Assembly (NCBI GenBank): GCA_038212075.1
Contig: JBBQUV010000006.1
Coordinates: 1 to 34,573, forward strand
Source of the DNA: Minisyncoccia bacterium
GTDB lineage: Bacteria; Patescibacteriota; Minisyncoccia; Phycocordibacterales; Phycocordibacteraceae
DNA: 34,573 bases
Direction of reading: 5' to 3'
The stretch's first letter is position 1, and every line of letters begins with the position of its first letter. The position numbers were made by a program, and so were the translations under genes. Positions 6,753 through 15,690 of this stretch are shown here, piece after piece. The notes under the pieces were generated by a model. That model was given only the letters and a program-made list of their open reading frames with translations. It made no database searches and was not told the DNA's origin.

Positions 6753-9131
6753 ATGGTAACTATGACTGAACATCTTGCATACGCAAAAGCGCGACCGGTA
6801 CTGACCGGGCTGTTTGCCGTACTTGCCGTACTTCTTGTCGGTATCGCCGCCGCCTTTGTGTTTGGTCTTACGACCCCACCGGCTGCACATGCTGATATTG
6901 GTCCTCCCTGTTGTCTTCCACCACCACCTCCTCCGCCCCCACCACCCCCACCACCACCTCCTCCGCCCCCACCACCCCCAGCGTGTACGCTTTCTGCAAC
7001 ACCAAATACGTTTGGTAGCGCAGGCGGCACAACCACGCTTACGTGGACGAGCATAAACTCGCTCACGGGCACTATTGATAACGGTGTTGGTGCGGTCACG
7101 CCAATTGCTGGTGGTTCAGTTTCTGCAGGTGTTTCCCACACCGCCACATACACGCTTACCGTAACTGGTCCGGGCGGTGTCGTGACCTGTCACACAACAG
7201 TGACTATTACGAATCCACCACCGGCATGTACGCTTACGGCAGATCCCCCAATCACTACGAATGGTCAGTCCACACTTTCGTGGACGACACAAAACGCCAC
7301 GTCATTTGTTATTGACCACACCGTTGGTTCAGTAACTCCTGTCGCAAGTGGTTCAAAACTAGTGACTGGCATTGCCGTCACAACCACCTATACCGGTACC
7401 GCAACGGGTCCTGGTGGCACGGTAACCTGTACGACTATTGTTACCGTTCCTCCGCCAGACGCACCATTCTGTACGCTTAGCGCAAATCCAAAGAGCGTAC
7501 TTTCAGGCGGCTCTTCAACACTTACGTGGACGACCGGTCACAGCGTTTCGTTCTCTATCGACCAAAGTATTGGTGCCCTTACGCCTGTACCCGGTGGAAC
7601 ACATGTAGTGAACAACATTACGGCAACAACCACGTACACGGGTACGGCAACTGCGGCCGATGGAAAAATTGCACACTGTACCGCAGTCGTTACGGTGAAG
7701 CCGGTAACGCTTGTTCCTGTGTGTACGCTTTCCGCGAGCCCAGCTTCGTTTGTTGGAAGTGGAGCACCAGTGCTTACATGGACATCTGCAAACATCACTG
7801 CGCTCACGATTGATCACGCGGTCGGTGCTGTAACGCCTGTTGCCTCTGGTTCAGTAACTGCAGGCACTATCGCGACAACCACAACGTATACCGCAACCGG
7901 TACTGGCCCTTATGGACCAACAACGTGTTCGACGCAGGTAGTAGTGACGCCGGTCTCCAACACACTCGCCTGTACGCTCTCTGCAAATCCAGACTCGTTC
8001 GGATCGACAGGTGGTACGACCGTGCTTTCATGGACAACGCAACACGCTGTTTCGTTCTCTATTGATCAAAGCATTGGTGCGGTAACTCCTGTTGGAAGTG
8101 GCTCAACAAGTACGCCAGTGACTTCAACCAAAACATTCAACGGTATCGCAACTGATGCCGCTGGAAACACTGCACAGTGTCACGTTGAAGTAACGGTTTC
8201 AACCAGTCATGGTCACGGTTGTACCTCGGGCTGTGGAGGTGGCGGACACACGCCGGATATTGGACTTGATTCTGCACCAACGCTTCCACTTGCGTTCGTG
8301 TATCTCTCGCAGATTCCGTATACCGGTCTTGACCTTGGTCCTGTCGGCACGGTTATCTACTGGCTTGCGCTTATTCTTTGGAGTCTTGCGCTCGCGTACC
8401 TGCTTCTTTTCAGGATGATTCCGTATGCACGAAATCGTGCAGTAACTTTCGGTTCGAGTGTTCGCAGTGCGATTAATCACGAAGCTGAAGTAATTGCGCA
8501 CGACTTCCATACCTATCCATCACCTGCGGAATCAACGCACGCCTACTACTCGCAGAATGTAGAACCGATAGAAGTGCCAAACACTGAACCAATTGCTCCG
8601 GAACCATCGCACGGTTATTCAACCTATGACGGATTCCGTTCCTTTGGTCGTGACGCGCTTACGATTGAAGACATTGTAAAAGGTTTGACGCGCGAAACAC
8701 CACGTCCTGCCGCACCTGCACCAATGGAACCAATTATGGTTCCTGCGCCGGTGGCGACAGTGCCTGCTCCCGTATTCGTCTCAACACCAACGCCGTCAGA
8801 CTCGCCACGTGATGTTCGCGGCATTATTGACGCGCTCCTTCATGGAGACAAAGACGCCGTATTCGGCACTCTTCGCAACGTTGTCCGTGGAGGTGGCAAC
8901 GTCGGATACTTCCTTACGGAAGTAGTCTGCGCACTTGACGACTCGTATCGCGCTCGTGTTGATGGTACGCCTGCAGACCCTGAAGTCGCACGCATCACTG
9001 CAAACTGTGATACGCCCGTACTTGAAAAGCTTGTGGGCGCACTTGCAACTGCCGTTGACTCAAGCTACTCACTTGACGTCACCGGTGCGAAGCTTGCGCT
9101 TACGCGTGCGTTCGCGGTTCTCGGAAAATAA
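6753..9131 (+). CDS. Large surface protein, probable sortase substrate: signal peptide, poly-Pro, five Cys-paired Ig-like repeats, IPYTG + TM, long cytoplasmic tail
   Basis: AHA-D cleavage site; five repeats starting CTL(S/T)A..L(T/S)WT and ending in a second Cys; IPYTG at 8313-8327, then a hydrophobic helix and RMIPYARNR. Start at 6753 or 6762. Confidence 0.85.
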   Translation: MVTMTEHLAYAKARPVLTGLFAVLAVLLVGIAAAFVFGLTTPPAAHADIGPPCCLPPPPPPPPPPPPPPPPPPPPPACTLSATPNTFGSAGGTTTLTWTSINSLTGTIDNGVGAVTPIAGGSVSAGVSHTATYTLTVTGPGGVVTCHTTVTITNPPPACTLTADPPITTNGQSTLSWTTQNATSFVIDHTVGSVTPVASGSKLVTGIAVTTTYTGTATGPGGTVTCTTIVTVPPPDAPFCTLSANPKSVLSGGSSTLTWTTGHSVSFSIDQSIGALTPVPGGTHVVNNITATTTYTGTATAADGKIAHCTAVVTVKPVTLVPVCTLSASPASFVGSGAPVLTWTSANITALTIDHAVGAVTPVASGSVTAGTIATTTTYTATGTGPYGPTTCSTQVVVTPVSNTLACTLSANPDSFGSTGGTTVLSWTTQHAVSFSIDQSIGAVTPVGSGSTSTPVTSTKTFNGIATDAAGNTAQCHVEVTVSTSHGHGCTSGCGGGGHTPDIGLDSAPTLPLAFVYLSQIPYTGLDLGPVGTVIYWLALILWSLALAYLLLFRMIPYARNRAVTFGSSVRSAINHEAEVIAHDFHTYPSPAESTHAYYSQNVEPIEVPNTEPIAPEPSHGYSTYDGFRSFGRDALTIEDIVKGLTRETPRPAAPAPMEPIMVPAPVATVPAPVFVSTPTPSDSPRDVRGIIDALLHGDKDAVFGTLRNVVRGGGNVGYFLTEVVCALDDSYRARVDGTPADPEVARITANCDTPVLEKLVGALATAVDSSYSLDVTGAKLALTRAFAVLGK
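6918..6980 (+). repeat. Poly-proline coding tract with exact 30-bp tandem duplication
   Basis: CCACCACCTCCTCCGCCCCCACCACCCCCA at 6921-6950 and 6951-6980; 21 consecutive Pro codons. Confidence 0.95.
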
Positions 9132-9135
9132 TACA

Positions 9136-9179
9136 TAAAACAAAAACCCCGCGGCTTTCGCCGCGGGGTTTTTGTTTTA
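9136..9179. terminator. Bidirectional intrinsic terminator
   Basis: Perfect 20-bp inverted repeat TAAAACAAAAACCCCGCGGC-TTTC-GCCGCGGGGTTTTTGTTTTA between convergent genes. Confidence 0.92.
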
Positions 9180-9959
9180 CTCTGCAACGTCTTCACTTAT
9201 GATGTGCATGGGAAGCGCTATCAAGCGATCAACACGTTCGAACCATGCTCCGCTCCACTCCTCTACGCCAAATTTCAGAACGTTAGGTTGATGCTCTAAG
9301 GTTCCCGCCAGTTTGTCCCACCAGGAGAAAAGCGCTGAATAATTAGAGTTCGCCTCGCTGACTTGTACTGAATGATGCACGTGATGCATTTGAGGTACGA
9401 CGACAATGTATCCAAGCCAGCTGAGCCACATGGGTATGGCCAGGTTACTGTGATGAAACGTTTGCATGATTGCCGCCGCACCGGTGTATACGAGTATCGC
9501 GAGTGGTGAAAGACCGAGCAACACAATAATGGGGAGGTTAAGCAGTGCGCCGACGATAAGCTCAGCGGGGTGGTGTCGGATAGCAGTGGAGGCGTCGACA
9601 TCAACATCAGAGTGATGCACGGCATGTATCGCCCAAAGTACCGGTGCCGCGTGGAATATTCGATGCAACACATATGCCATACCATCAAGCACGATAAAAG
9701 AAACGAAAATCACGATGACAAATGGAAGGTGTATTACGTTGAATACGCCCCAACCATCTCGCTGTGCCAGCAGCGCAATCCCAACTCCAGCGACGGAAAG
9801 AGGGATGGTGCTCACGAGAACGTTCAACACAAATATGCCAAGATTGCTCGTCCAACGTAACAACCGGGGAAGAGAACGCTCTCGTATCGGCCAGATGAGC
9901 TCAAGCGTCGTGAATCCAGTAAGTGCAATTCCTACTGAGACCCAAGACATTAGAATCAT
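9177..9959 (-). CDS. Sterol desaturase / fatty acid hydroxylase superfamily membrane di-iron enzyme
   Basis: His boxes HRIFH, HAVHH, FHHSN, HHVHH; NSNYS..WDKL; several TMs. ATG 9959 overlaps the upstream stop (ATGA). Confidence 0.9.
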   Translation of the reverse strand: MILMSWVSVGIALTGFTTLELIWPIRERSLPRLLRWTSNLGIFVLNVLVSTIPLSVAGVGIALLAQRDGWGVFNVIHLPFVIVIFVSFIVLDGMAYVLHRIFHAAPVLWAIHAVHHSDVDVDASTAIRHHPAELIVGALLNLPIIVLLGLSPLAILVYTGAAAIMQTFHHSNLAIPMWLSWLGYIVVVPQMHHVHHSVQVSEANSNYSALFSWWDKLAGTLEHQPNVLKFGVEEWSGAWFERVDRLIALPMHIISEDVAE

Positions 9960-10276
9960 GTAGGCAGCTGTATCGGAGGAGGGAGGGGGGTGTCGGTGAA
10001 AAACTGTGAGTTGAGGAATAAAAATAGTGCCACTATCAAAACAATTCCACATGCGCAATACCAGATCATCCAGCTCGTGCGTTTGCGAGCATTATCTGAT
10101 ACTCCAGGTCTTAGTGCGGTAAGTGCCCTGAAGATGATATAGGCCACAAGAGCCACTAATACCGTTGCTGTTAGTGGAATGTAATCAGGATAGTCTGGCG
10201 ACTGCTGTGGGTAATGGCCTCCAGAATAATTAATGTCCGTAACCGGTACCATCGCTGACATTGCAATATGTTCCAT
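9956..10276 (-). CDS. Small two-TM membrane protein
   Basis: Two hydrophobic helices; TGgTATTTT 6 nt before ATG; ATGA overlap with the desaturase. Confidence 0.6.
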   Translation of the reverse strand: MEHIAMSAMVPVTDINYSGGHYPQQSPDYPDYIPLTATVLVALVAYIIFRALTALRPGVSDNARKRTSWMIWYCACGIVLIVALFLFLNSQFFTDTPLPPPIQLPT

Positions 10277-10342
10277 AGTTTGAAAATACCACGCACGGCA
10301 ACTTACACCAGCGATTATCCACCTGTGCCAGCGTCAACTTTT

Positions 10343-12088
10343 CTAGGAGCGTTCTTGAATTTCTTTTTGTAGACGTGTGATGAAATCGGGTAGAGAGAGC
10401 TCTTCCAGTTTTCCATTGTCGCGACTGTCGGGAGCAATCATTTTTGATTCCGCCTCCTTGTCGCCAACGACAATAAGGTAGGGAATTTTTTCTTGTTTAC
10501 CGCCACGAATCTTTTTGCCGAGTGACTCATTTGCGTTGTCTACCTCTGCACGCACACCTGCAGTTTTAAGTACCGCAAGCACGTCCGCGGCGTAGTCAGT
10601 GTGTTTTTCCGAAACAGGGAGCACGCGCACCTGCACTGGAGAAAGCCATGTCGGGAAAGCTCCTGCATAGTGTTCGGTCAAAATACCCATAAAGCGGTCA
10701 GGAGAGCCAACAAGGGCACGGTGGATCATCGTCGGCGTTTTCTTGGTACCGTCTTCGGCAGTGTATTCAAGTTCAAAACGTGCTGGTTGATTGAAGTCGA
10801 GCTGAATGGTGGAAATCTGCCACTCACGTCCGATAGCGTCTACAGCCATAATATCTATTTTGGGTCCATAGAACGCGGCCTCGCCCTCCACTTCCTTGTG
10901 TTCAATATTTTTATCAACCAAAAGTTTGCGCATAATAGTCTGCGATTTCTCCCAAGTTTCGTCGGTGCCTAAATACTTTTCTGTCTTTGCGGGGTCGCGT
11001 AGCGAAAGGCGCATCCAATAGTTGATGCGGTAGGTGGTGAGTGCTTTTTGAATCGCGCTAAGCACGTTTGCAATTTCGCTCTCAACTTGATCTTCGCGAC
11101 AGAAAATGTGCCCGTCGTCCTGTGCAAATGCGCGCAGTCGGGTGAGTCCCGAAAGTTCACCGGGGCGTTCGTCGCGGTAGAGTACGGCGAAGTCGGAATA
11201 GCGTATGGGAAGGTCGCGGTAGGAACGCGGCACGGCGGCATAAATCTGCGTATGTTGCGGGCAGTTCATTGGTTTCAAAAACATCTCGTCTTCAACATAC
11301 TGCGAACGCACTTGGAGCATGTCTTCTTTGTATTTGTCGTAGTGGCCGGAAATTTTGAACAACTCACCTTTATTTATGTTTGGCGTATGTACTTCACCAA
11401 AGCCAAGTTCGTTATTAAGTTCACGGGAGAAATTCACGATTTCCGAGCGGATGACATTTCCTTTGGGAGTGAACAGTGGCATACCAGAACCAACAAGATC
11501 CGAAAATACCAAAAGCCCTTGCTCGCGAGCAATCTTTCGGTGATCGCGTTTTTTAGCTTCTTCCTGTTGGAGACGATATGCCTCCAGATCTTCTTTTGTT
11601 TCAAACGCTAGTCCGTATATGCGGGTGAGCATCGGGTTTTTTTCGTCCCCGCGCCAGTACGCGCCTGCAATGCGTTCAAGAGTGAAAGCGTCGCCAGCGA
11701 TATCTTTTGCTGGATATTCTGAGTGTCCTCCACGGCACAGGTCGGTAAAACCTGCAGAGCTATACAACGTAATCGGTTCGCCCTTGCCAACAATCTCGCC
11801 GATAAGTTCAAGTTTATACTCGTTGTTTTTAAAACGATCGCGAGCGTCTTTTTCAGAAACTTCAGTGCCATTCATTTCCTCCCATGATTTCAAAATATCC
11901 TTCATCGACGATTCCAGAGCGGCAAGGTCTGCTTCAACAGGGCTTGCGCCGCCCGTGAAGTCAAAGTCGTAATAAAAGCCGTTATCTATGGCAGGGCCGA
12001 TGGTTGCCTTTGCGTGGGGGTAGCGTTCGGCAACGGCCGCGGCAAGCAAGTGGGCGAGAGTGTGGCGTTTTTCAGGAAGGGTAGCCAT
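10343..12088 (-). CDS. thrS: Threonyl-tRNA synthetase (no N-terminal TGS domain)
   Basis: RHTLAHLLA, GFYYDF, DLCRGGH, AGAYWRGDE, RDHRK, LKPMNCP, FAQDDGHIFC, AFYGPKID, HRALVGS. Confidence 0.97.
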   Translation of the reverse strand: MATLPEKRHTLAHLLAAAVAERYPHAKATIGPAIDNGFYYDFDFTGGASPVEADLAALESSMKDILKSWEEMNGTEVSEKDARDRFKNNEYKLELIGEIVGKGEPITLYSSAGFTDLCRGGHSEYPAKDIAGDAFTLERIAGAYWRGDEKNPMLTRIYGLAFETKEDLEAYRLQQEEAKKRDHRKIAREQGLLVFSDLVGSGMPLFTPKGNVIRSEIVNFSRELNNELGFGEVHTPNINKGELFKISGHYDKYKEDMLQVRSQYVEDEMFLKPMNCPQHTQIYAAVPRSYRDLPIRYSDFAVLYRDERPGELSGLTRLRAFAQDDGHIFCREDQVESEIANVLSAIQKALTTYRINYWMRLSLRDPAKTEKYLGTDETWEKSQTIMRKLLVDKNIEHKEVEGEAAFYGPKIDIMAVDAIGREWQISTIQLDFNQPARFELEYTAEDGTKKTPTMIHRALVGSPDRFMGILTEHYAGAFPTWLSPVQVRVLPVSEKHTDYAADVLAVLKTAGVRAEVDNANESLGKKIRGGKQEKIPYLIVVGDKEAESKMIAPDSRDNGKLEELSLPDFITRLQKEIQERS

Positions 12089-12106
12089 TAGGGCGGATTT
12101 TAGCAT

Positions 12107-12140
12107 AAAAACGAACGAGCCACTCTTTTGAAGTGGCTCG
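12107..12140 (-). terminator. Intrinsic terminator of the upstream orphan
   Basis: CGAGCCACT...AGTGGCTCG stem followed by TTCGTTTTT on the minus strand. Confidence 0.75.
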
Positions 12141-12163
12141 CGCGAACAGGCGAGTGGTGCTTT

Positions 12164-12469
12164 TTACGTGTTGTGTCGCATCGGTTCTGCGTAGGCACGT
12201 AGACGGTTGCCAATACGCGGAATCTTGAGATAGTACCCGTTTTCCGCGAGTCGCAGGAGCAGGCGAGGAAGTGATTCCCTCTCCACCATTCCTTCCGCGA
12301 TAAGCGGGAGGAGGTAGTCGGGAAGCGCTTCCAACTTCTGCAGTAAGTCCTCCTTCAGTGGGTTGATGATGACAGAGGATTTGCGCGGCTCGATGATATC
12401 GCCTGCAAGCATTCGCGCGGTGGTGATAACGATACCAATCGCGCTTTTGTCGGCGGGACTAATGTGCAT
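12164..12469 (-). CDS. Hypothetical protein (101 aa)
   Basis: TGgTATAAT promoter, GAGGG SD before ATG 12469, own terminator; no family recognised. Confidence 0.6.
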   Translation of the reverse strand: MHISPADKSAIGIVITTARMLAGDIIEPRKSSVIINPLKEDLLQKLEALPDYLLPLIAEGMVERESLPRLLLRLAENGYYLKIPRIGNRLRAYAEPMRHNT

Positions 12470-12520
12470 GATGTAAGCCCTCAAATGACCGTTATGATTA
12501 TACCACGAAAATATAAAAAA

Positions 12521-15500
12521 CTAAAGCACCTTCAGGTTTTCGAGGGCGAGCGAAATTTCGCCGTTTCTGTCCGATACTGTTCCTTTAATAAGCAGACACG
12601 CACCCGGCTCCACTTTCTCCCCGTGTTCTTTAAAGAGTTTCGGAAAAATAACCGCTTCAATAGAATCAGTTTTGTCTTCAAATTTTACAAACGCCATTTT
12701 TTCACCGTTCTTGGTGAGAATAGTGCGTACTTCGGCTACGAGTACCGGAATAATAATGTGCTGACCTTTTTGGCGTTCGCTTTTTATTTTTTCAATAGAG
12801 AGCGATGCTTTTGCGGTGGTTGCCGTATGTGCATCAAGCGGATGGCCGGAAATATACATACCAAGCAATTCTTTTTCAGCCGCCAGACGTTCTGCAATTG
12901 AAAGGGGTGCGCCGGGAGTAAGCTCAAGCGTTGGTGCGGCAAGTGCGCCAAACAAAGAATCTTGCGACGCTTCCTTTGTTGCCTCGCGATGAAACTCAAG
13001 CATGCGGTCAATGTTTTCCATCAGTGTTCCGCGGTCAGCGAATGATTCAAGTGCGCCAGTTTTAATAAGCGCCTCTAGTGATTTACGGTTCAGGTTTCTG
13101 GAGCCTACACGCGTAAGAAAACGTGAAATGGTTGTAAAGGCGCCGTTTTTCACTCGCTCTGCAAGAATGGCCTCTGAAATACCCTCGCCGAAGTTTTTAA
13201 TAGAAGACAGACCGAACCGAATGGTGTCTTTTTTGTCGCCAACTACCGTAAACACAGCACCACTTTCGTTGATGTCGGGTGGGAGTACGGGAATGTGAAG
13301 TCGTTCAGCTTCAGCAACGAGAATGGCGATGGATTCAGTATCGCCGGCGTCAGCAGTAAGAAGCGCCGCCATGTACTCCACCGGATGATTCGCTTTCATA
13401 TACGCGGTTTGATACGCCACCTTGCCGTAGCTTGCGGCGTGCGCTTTATTAAACCCATACGCCGCAAATGGCTCGATGAGTTTCCAAATTGTCTCCGCTT
13501 TTTCTTTAGTGAGTTTTCCGTATTCCAAAAAGCCGTTTAGCAATTTTTCTTTCTGTTTTTCCATTTCTGCTGGAATCTTTTTTCCCATCGCTTTACGCAA
13601 GGTGTCTGCTTGAAGCCATGAATAGCCACCAAGCGTGATGGCCGTCAAAAGCACGTCATCTTGGTATACCAAAAGTCCGTAGGATGCATCGAGGTAATCC
13701 TTCATGCGGGGATCGAGATACTTCACTAACTGAGGATTATGTTTTCGTTCAACATACTGTGGAATCGTTTCCATCGGACCCGGACGATAGAGTGCCACCA
13801 TCGCGTTAATGTCGTGAATGGTAGTAGGTTTCAATTCCTTTAAATAACGGGTCATACCCGAACCGTTCAACTGGAACGTACCTTCGGTTTCACCCCGCGC
13901 AAGCATGGCAAATGTTTTTGGATCATCAAGCGGAATATTTTCAATATCAACTAAGATGTTTTTTGTTTCCTTCACGCGCGCAATCGCATCGGCAAGAATG
14001 GAAAGGTTTTTAATGCCAAGAAAGTCGTATTTAAGAAGACCAGCATCTTCCACTGCGTGCATGTCATATTGGGTAATAAGTTTGCCGGTCTTGGTATCGG
14101 TCTGAAGAGGGGTCCATTCGGTGAGTGGTGTGGGAGAAATAACCACGCCCGCCGCATGCACGCCGGTGTGTCGGACACAGCCCTCAATACGGCGCGCAAG
14201 GTCAATAATTTCTTTCACGTCGTCGTCTTCTTTATAGAGTGTTTTTAAATCTGCTTCCAACTCCATGGCTCGGTCAATAGTCATTGGAAATCCTTGGGAG
14301 CCAATGGGAATGAGTTTGGCAATGCGATCGCCCGTACCATAGGAGTGACCAAGTGCACGCGCCACGTCGCGTACGGCGGCGCGTGCCATCATCGTGCCGA
14401 AGGTGCCAATTTGCGCCACATGATCGTCGCCATAGCGTTGTTTTGCATAGGCAATTACTTCATCGCGTCGTGTGTCGGCGTAGTCCATATCAATGTCTGG
14501 TGCCTTCGGACGTTCTGGATTTAAGAATCGTTCAAAGGGAAGCTTGTATTCAAGCGGGTCGACATTCGTGATACCGGTTACATAGGATACGAGCGAGCCT
14601 GCGGCGGAACCGCGTGTGGTGGTGAGAATACCGGCATTTTTTGCAAAGGTGAGCAGGTCGGACACCACCAAAAAGTATGGAGCAAATCCTTTATCAATAA
14701 TGACGCCGAGTTCATATTCAAGTCGTGTTTTTACTTCTTCCGTGTCTGAGAGTCCACGCGAAATCACACCCGCGTACGCTTTTTCGCGAAGCATGTCCGC
14801 GTGTGTTTTTCCGGGGTCAGTGGGAAACTGCGGAAACACCCAGTTTCCAAGCTCGAGCGTTACCGTACAGCGTTCGGCGATTTCTCCAGAACGATCAACC
14901 GCATCGGGAATGTCTTTAAAAAACTTCCGCATTTCTTTTTCGGTAACGAACGAAAAATCTTCTTGTGCGTTGTATGCGCCTTGACTATGCTCGCCTTGAA
15001 TACGCTTCATCACTTCACGCGCTTCGCGGTCTTCTGGATGCAAATAATAGACATCGTGTTGCGCAACAAGTGGCACGCCGCTTTTTTTTGAGAGCTCGCG
15101 CAGTTTTGTCATTTTTGCGGTGTGCCCCTCTACCAGAGGGTGGTGGGTAATTTCCAAAAAGAGGTTATCTTTTCCGAAAATACTTTCCCATTCTGCAAGC
15201 GCGGCACCTGCGGCTTCTGTTTGTCCGGCGCCAAGCAGTTCCGGTACGTCTCCAGTAAATGACGGGATAAGGGCAATGAGTCCTGCGTGTCGCTCACGCA
15301 ACAATTCTTTGTCCATCAAGGGTTTATCAAAAAAACCTTCAGTAAATGATTTTGTAACGAGGTAGAGGAGATTTTTGTATCCCTCGTTATTTTCCGCGAG
15401 CAACACCATACGGTGTCGTTTTTGGTTTGGCTCACGGTCAAATCGCGATTTTGGTGCGATGTATGCATCGACGCCAATCACTGGGTGTATGCCTGCTTCT

Positions 15501-15670
15501 TCGCATTCTTTGTAAAACTCAATTGCACCGTGCAAATTTCCTGCATCAGTGAGCGCAATCGCCGGCATATCCGCATCTTTGGCGGCTTCCACAAGCTCGT
15601 CTACTTTTGCGAGCGCCTGTAAAAAGGAGTAGTGGCTGTGGGTGTGGAGGTGTACGAAGCGGGACGCCAT
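12521..15670 (-). CDS. dnaE: DNA polymerase III alpha subunit
   Basis: FVHLHTHSHYS (PHP domain), RGSAAGSLV, FERFLNPER, PDIDMD, HAAGVVI, GLLKYDFLG, YGFNKAHA, C-terminal OB fold. Confidence 0.97.
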   Translation of the reverse strand: MASRFVHLHTHSHYSFLQALAKVDELVEAAKDADMPAIALTDAGNLHGAIEFYKECEEAGIHPVIGVDAYIAPKSRFDREPNQKRHRMVLLAENNEGYKNLLYLVTKSFTEGFFDKPLMDKELLRERHAGLIALIPSFTGDVPELLGAGQTEAAGAALAEWESIFGKDNLFLEITHHPLVEGHTAKMTKLRELSKKSGVPLVAQHDVYYLHPEDREAREVMKRIQGEHSQGAYNAQEDFSFVTEKEMRKFFKDIPDAVDRSGEIAERCTVTLELGNWVFPQFPTDPGKTHADMLREKAYAGVISRGLSDTEEVKTRLEYELGVIIDKGFAPYFLVVSDLLTFAKNAGILTTTRGSAAGSLVSYVTGITNVDPLEYKLPFERFLNPERPKAPDIDMDYADTRRDEVIAYAKQRYGDDHVAQIGTFGTMMARAAVRDVARALGHSYGTGDRIAKLIPIGSQGFPMTIDRAMELEADLKTLYKEDDDVKEIIDLARRIEGCVRHTGVHAAGVVISPTPLTEWTPLQTDTKTGKLITQYDMHAVEDAGLLKYDFLGIKNLSILADAIARVKETKNILVDIENIPLDDPKTFAMLARGETEGTFQLNGSGMTRYLKELKPTTIHDINAMVALYRPGPMETIPQYVERKHNPQLVKYLDPRMKDYLDASYGLLVYQDDVLLTAITLGGYSWLQADTLRKAMGKKIPAEMEKQKEKLLNGFLEYGKLTKEKAETIWKLIEPFAAYGFNKAHAASYGKVAYQTAYMKANHPVEYMAALLTADAGDTESIAILVAEAERLHIPVLPPDINESGAVFTVVGDKKDTIRFGLSSIKNFGEGISEAILAERVKNGAFTTISRFLTRVGSRNLNRKSLEALIKTGALESFADRGTLMENIDRMLEFHREATKEASQDSLFGALAAPTLELTPGAPLSIAERLAAEKELLGMYISGHPLDAHTATTAKASLSIEKIKSERQKGQHIIIPVLVAEVRTILTKNGEKMAFVKFEDKTDSIEAVIFPKLFKEHGEKVEPGACLLIKGTVSDRNGEISLALENLKVL

Positions 15671-15690
15671 AAAGCTAGTATACTTTCCCC
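15671..15690. promoter_or_regulatory. Symmetric bidirectional -10 element shared by dnaE and rnhB
   Basis: Palindrome AGTATACT (15677-15684) gives TATACT on both strands, each exactly 6 nt from an ATG. Confidence 0.7.

Noticed and set aside
6981-8200. CRISPR-like or nucleotide-level repeat array
   Set aside because: The repeats are degenerate protein-level Ig-like domains of about 80 aa; there are no identical short repeats with spacers and no cas genes.
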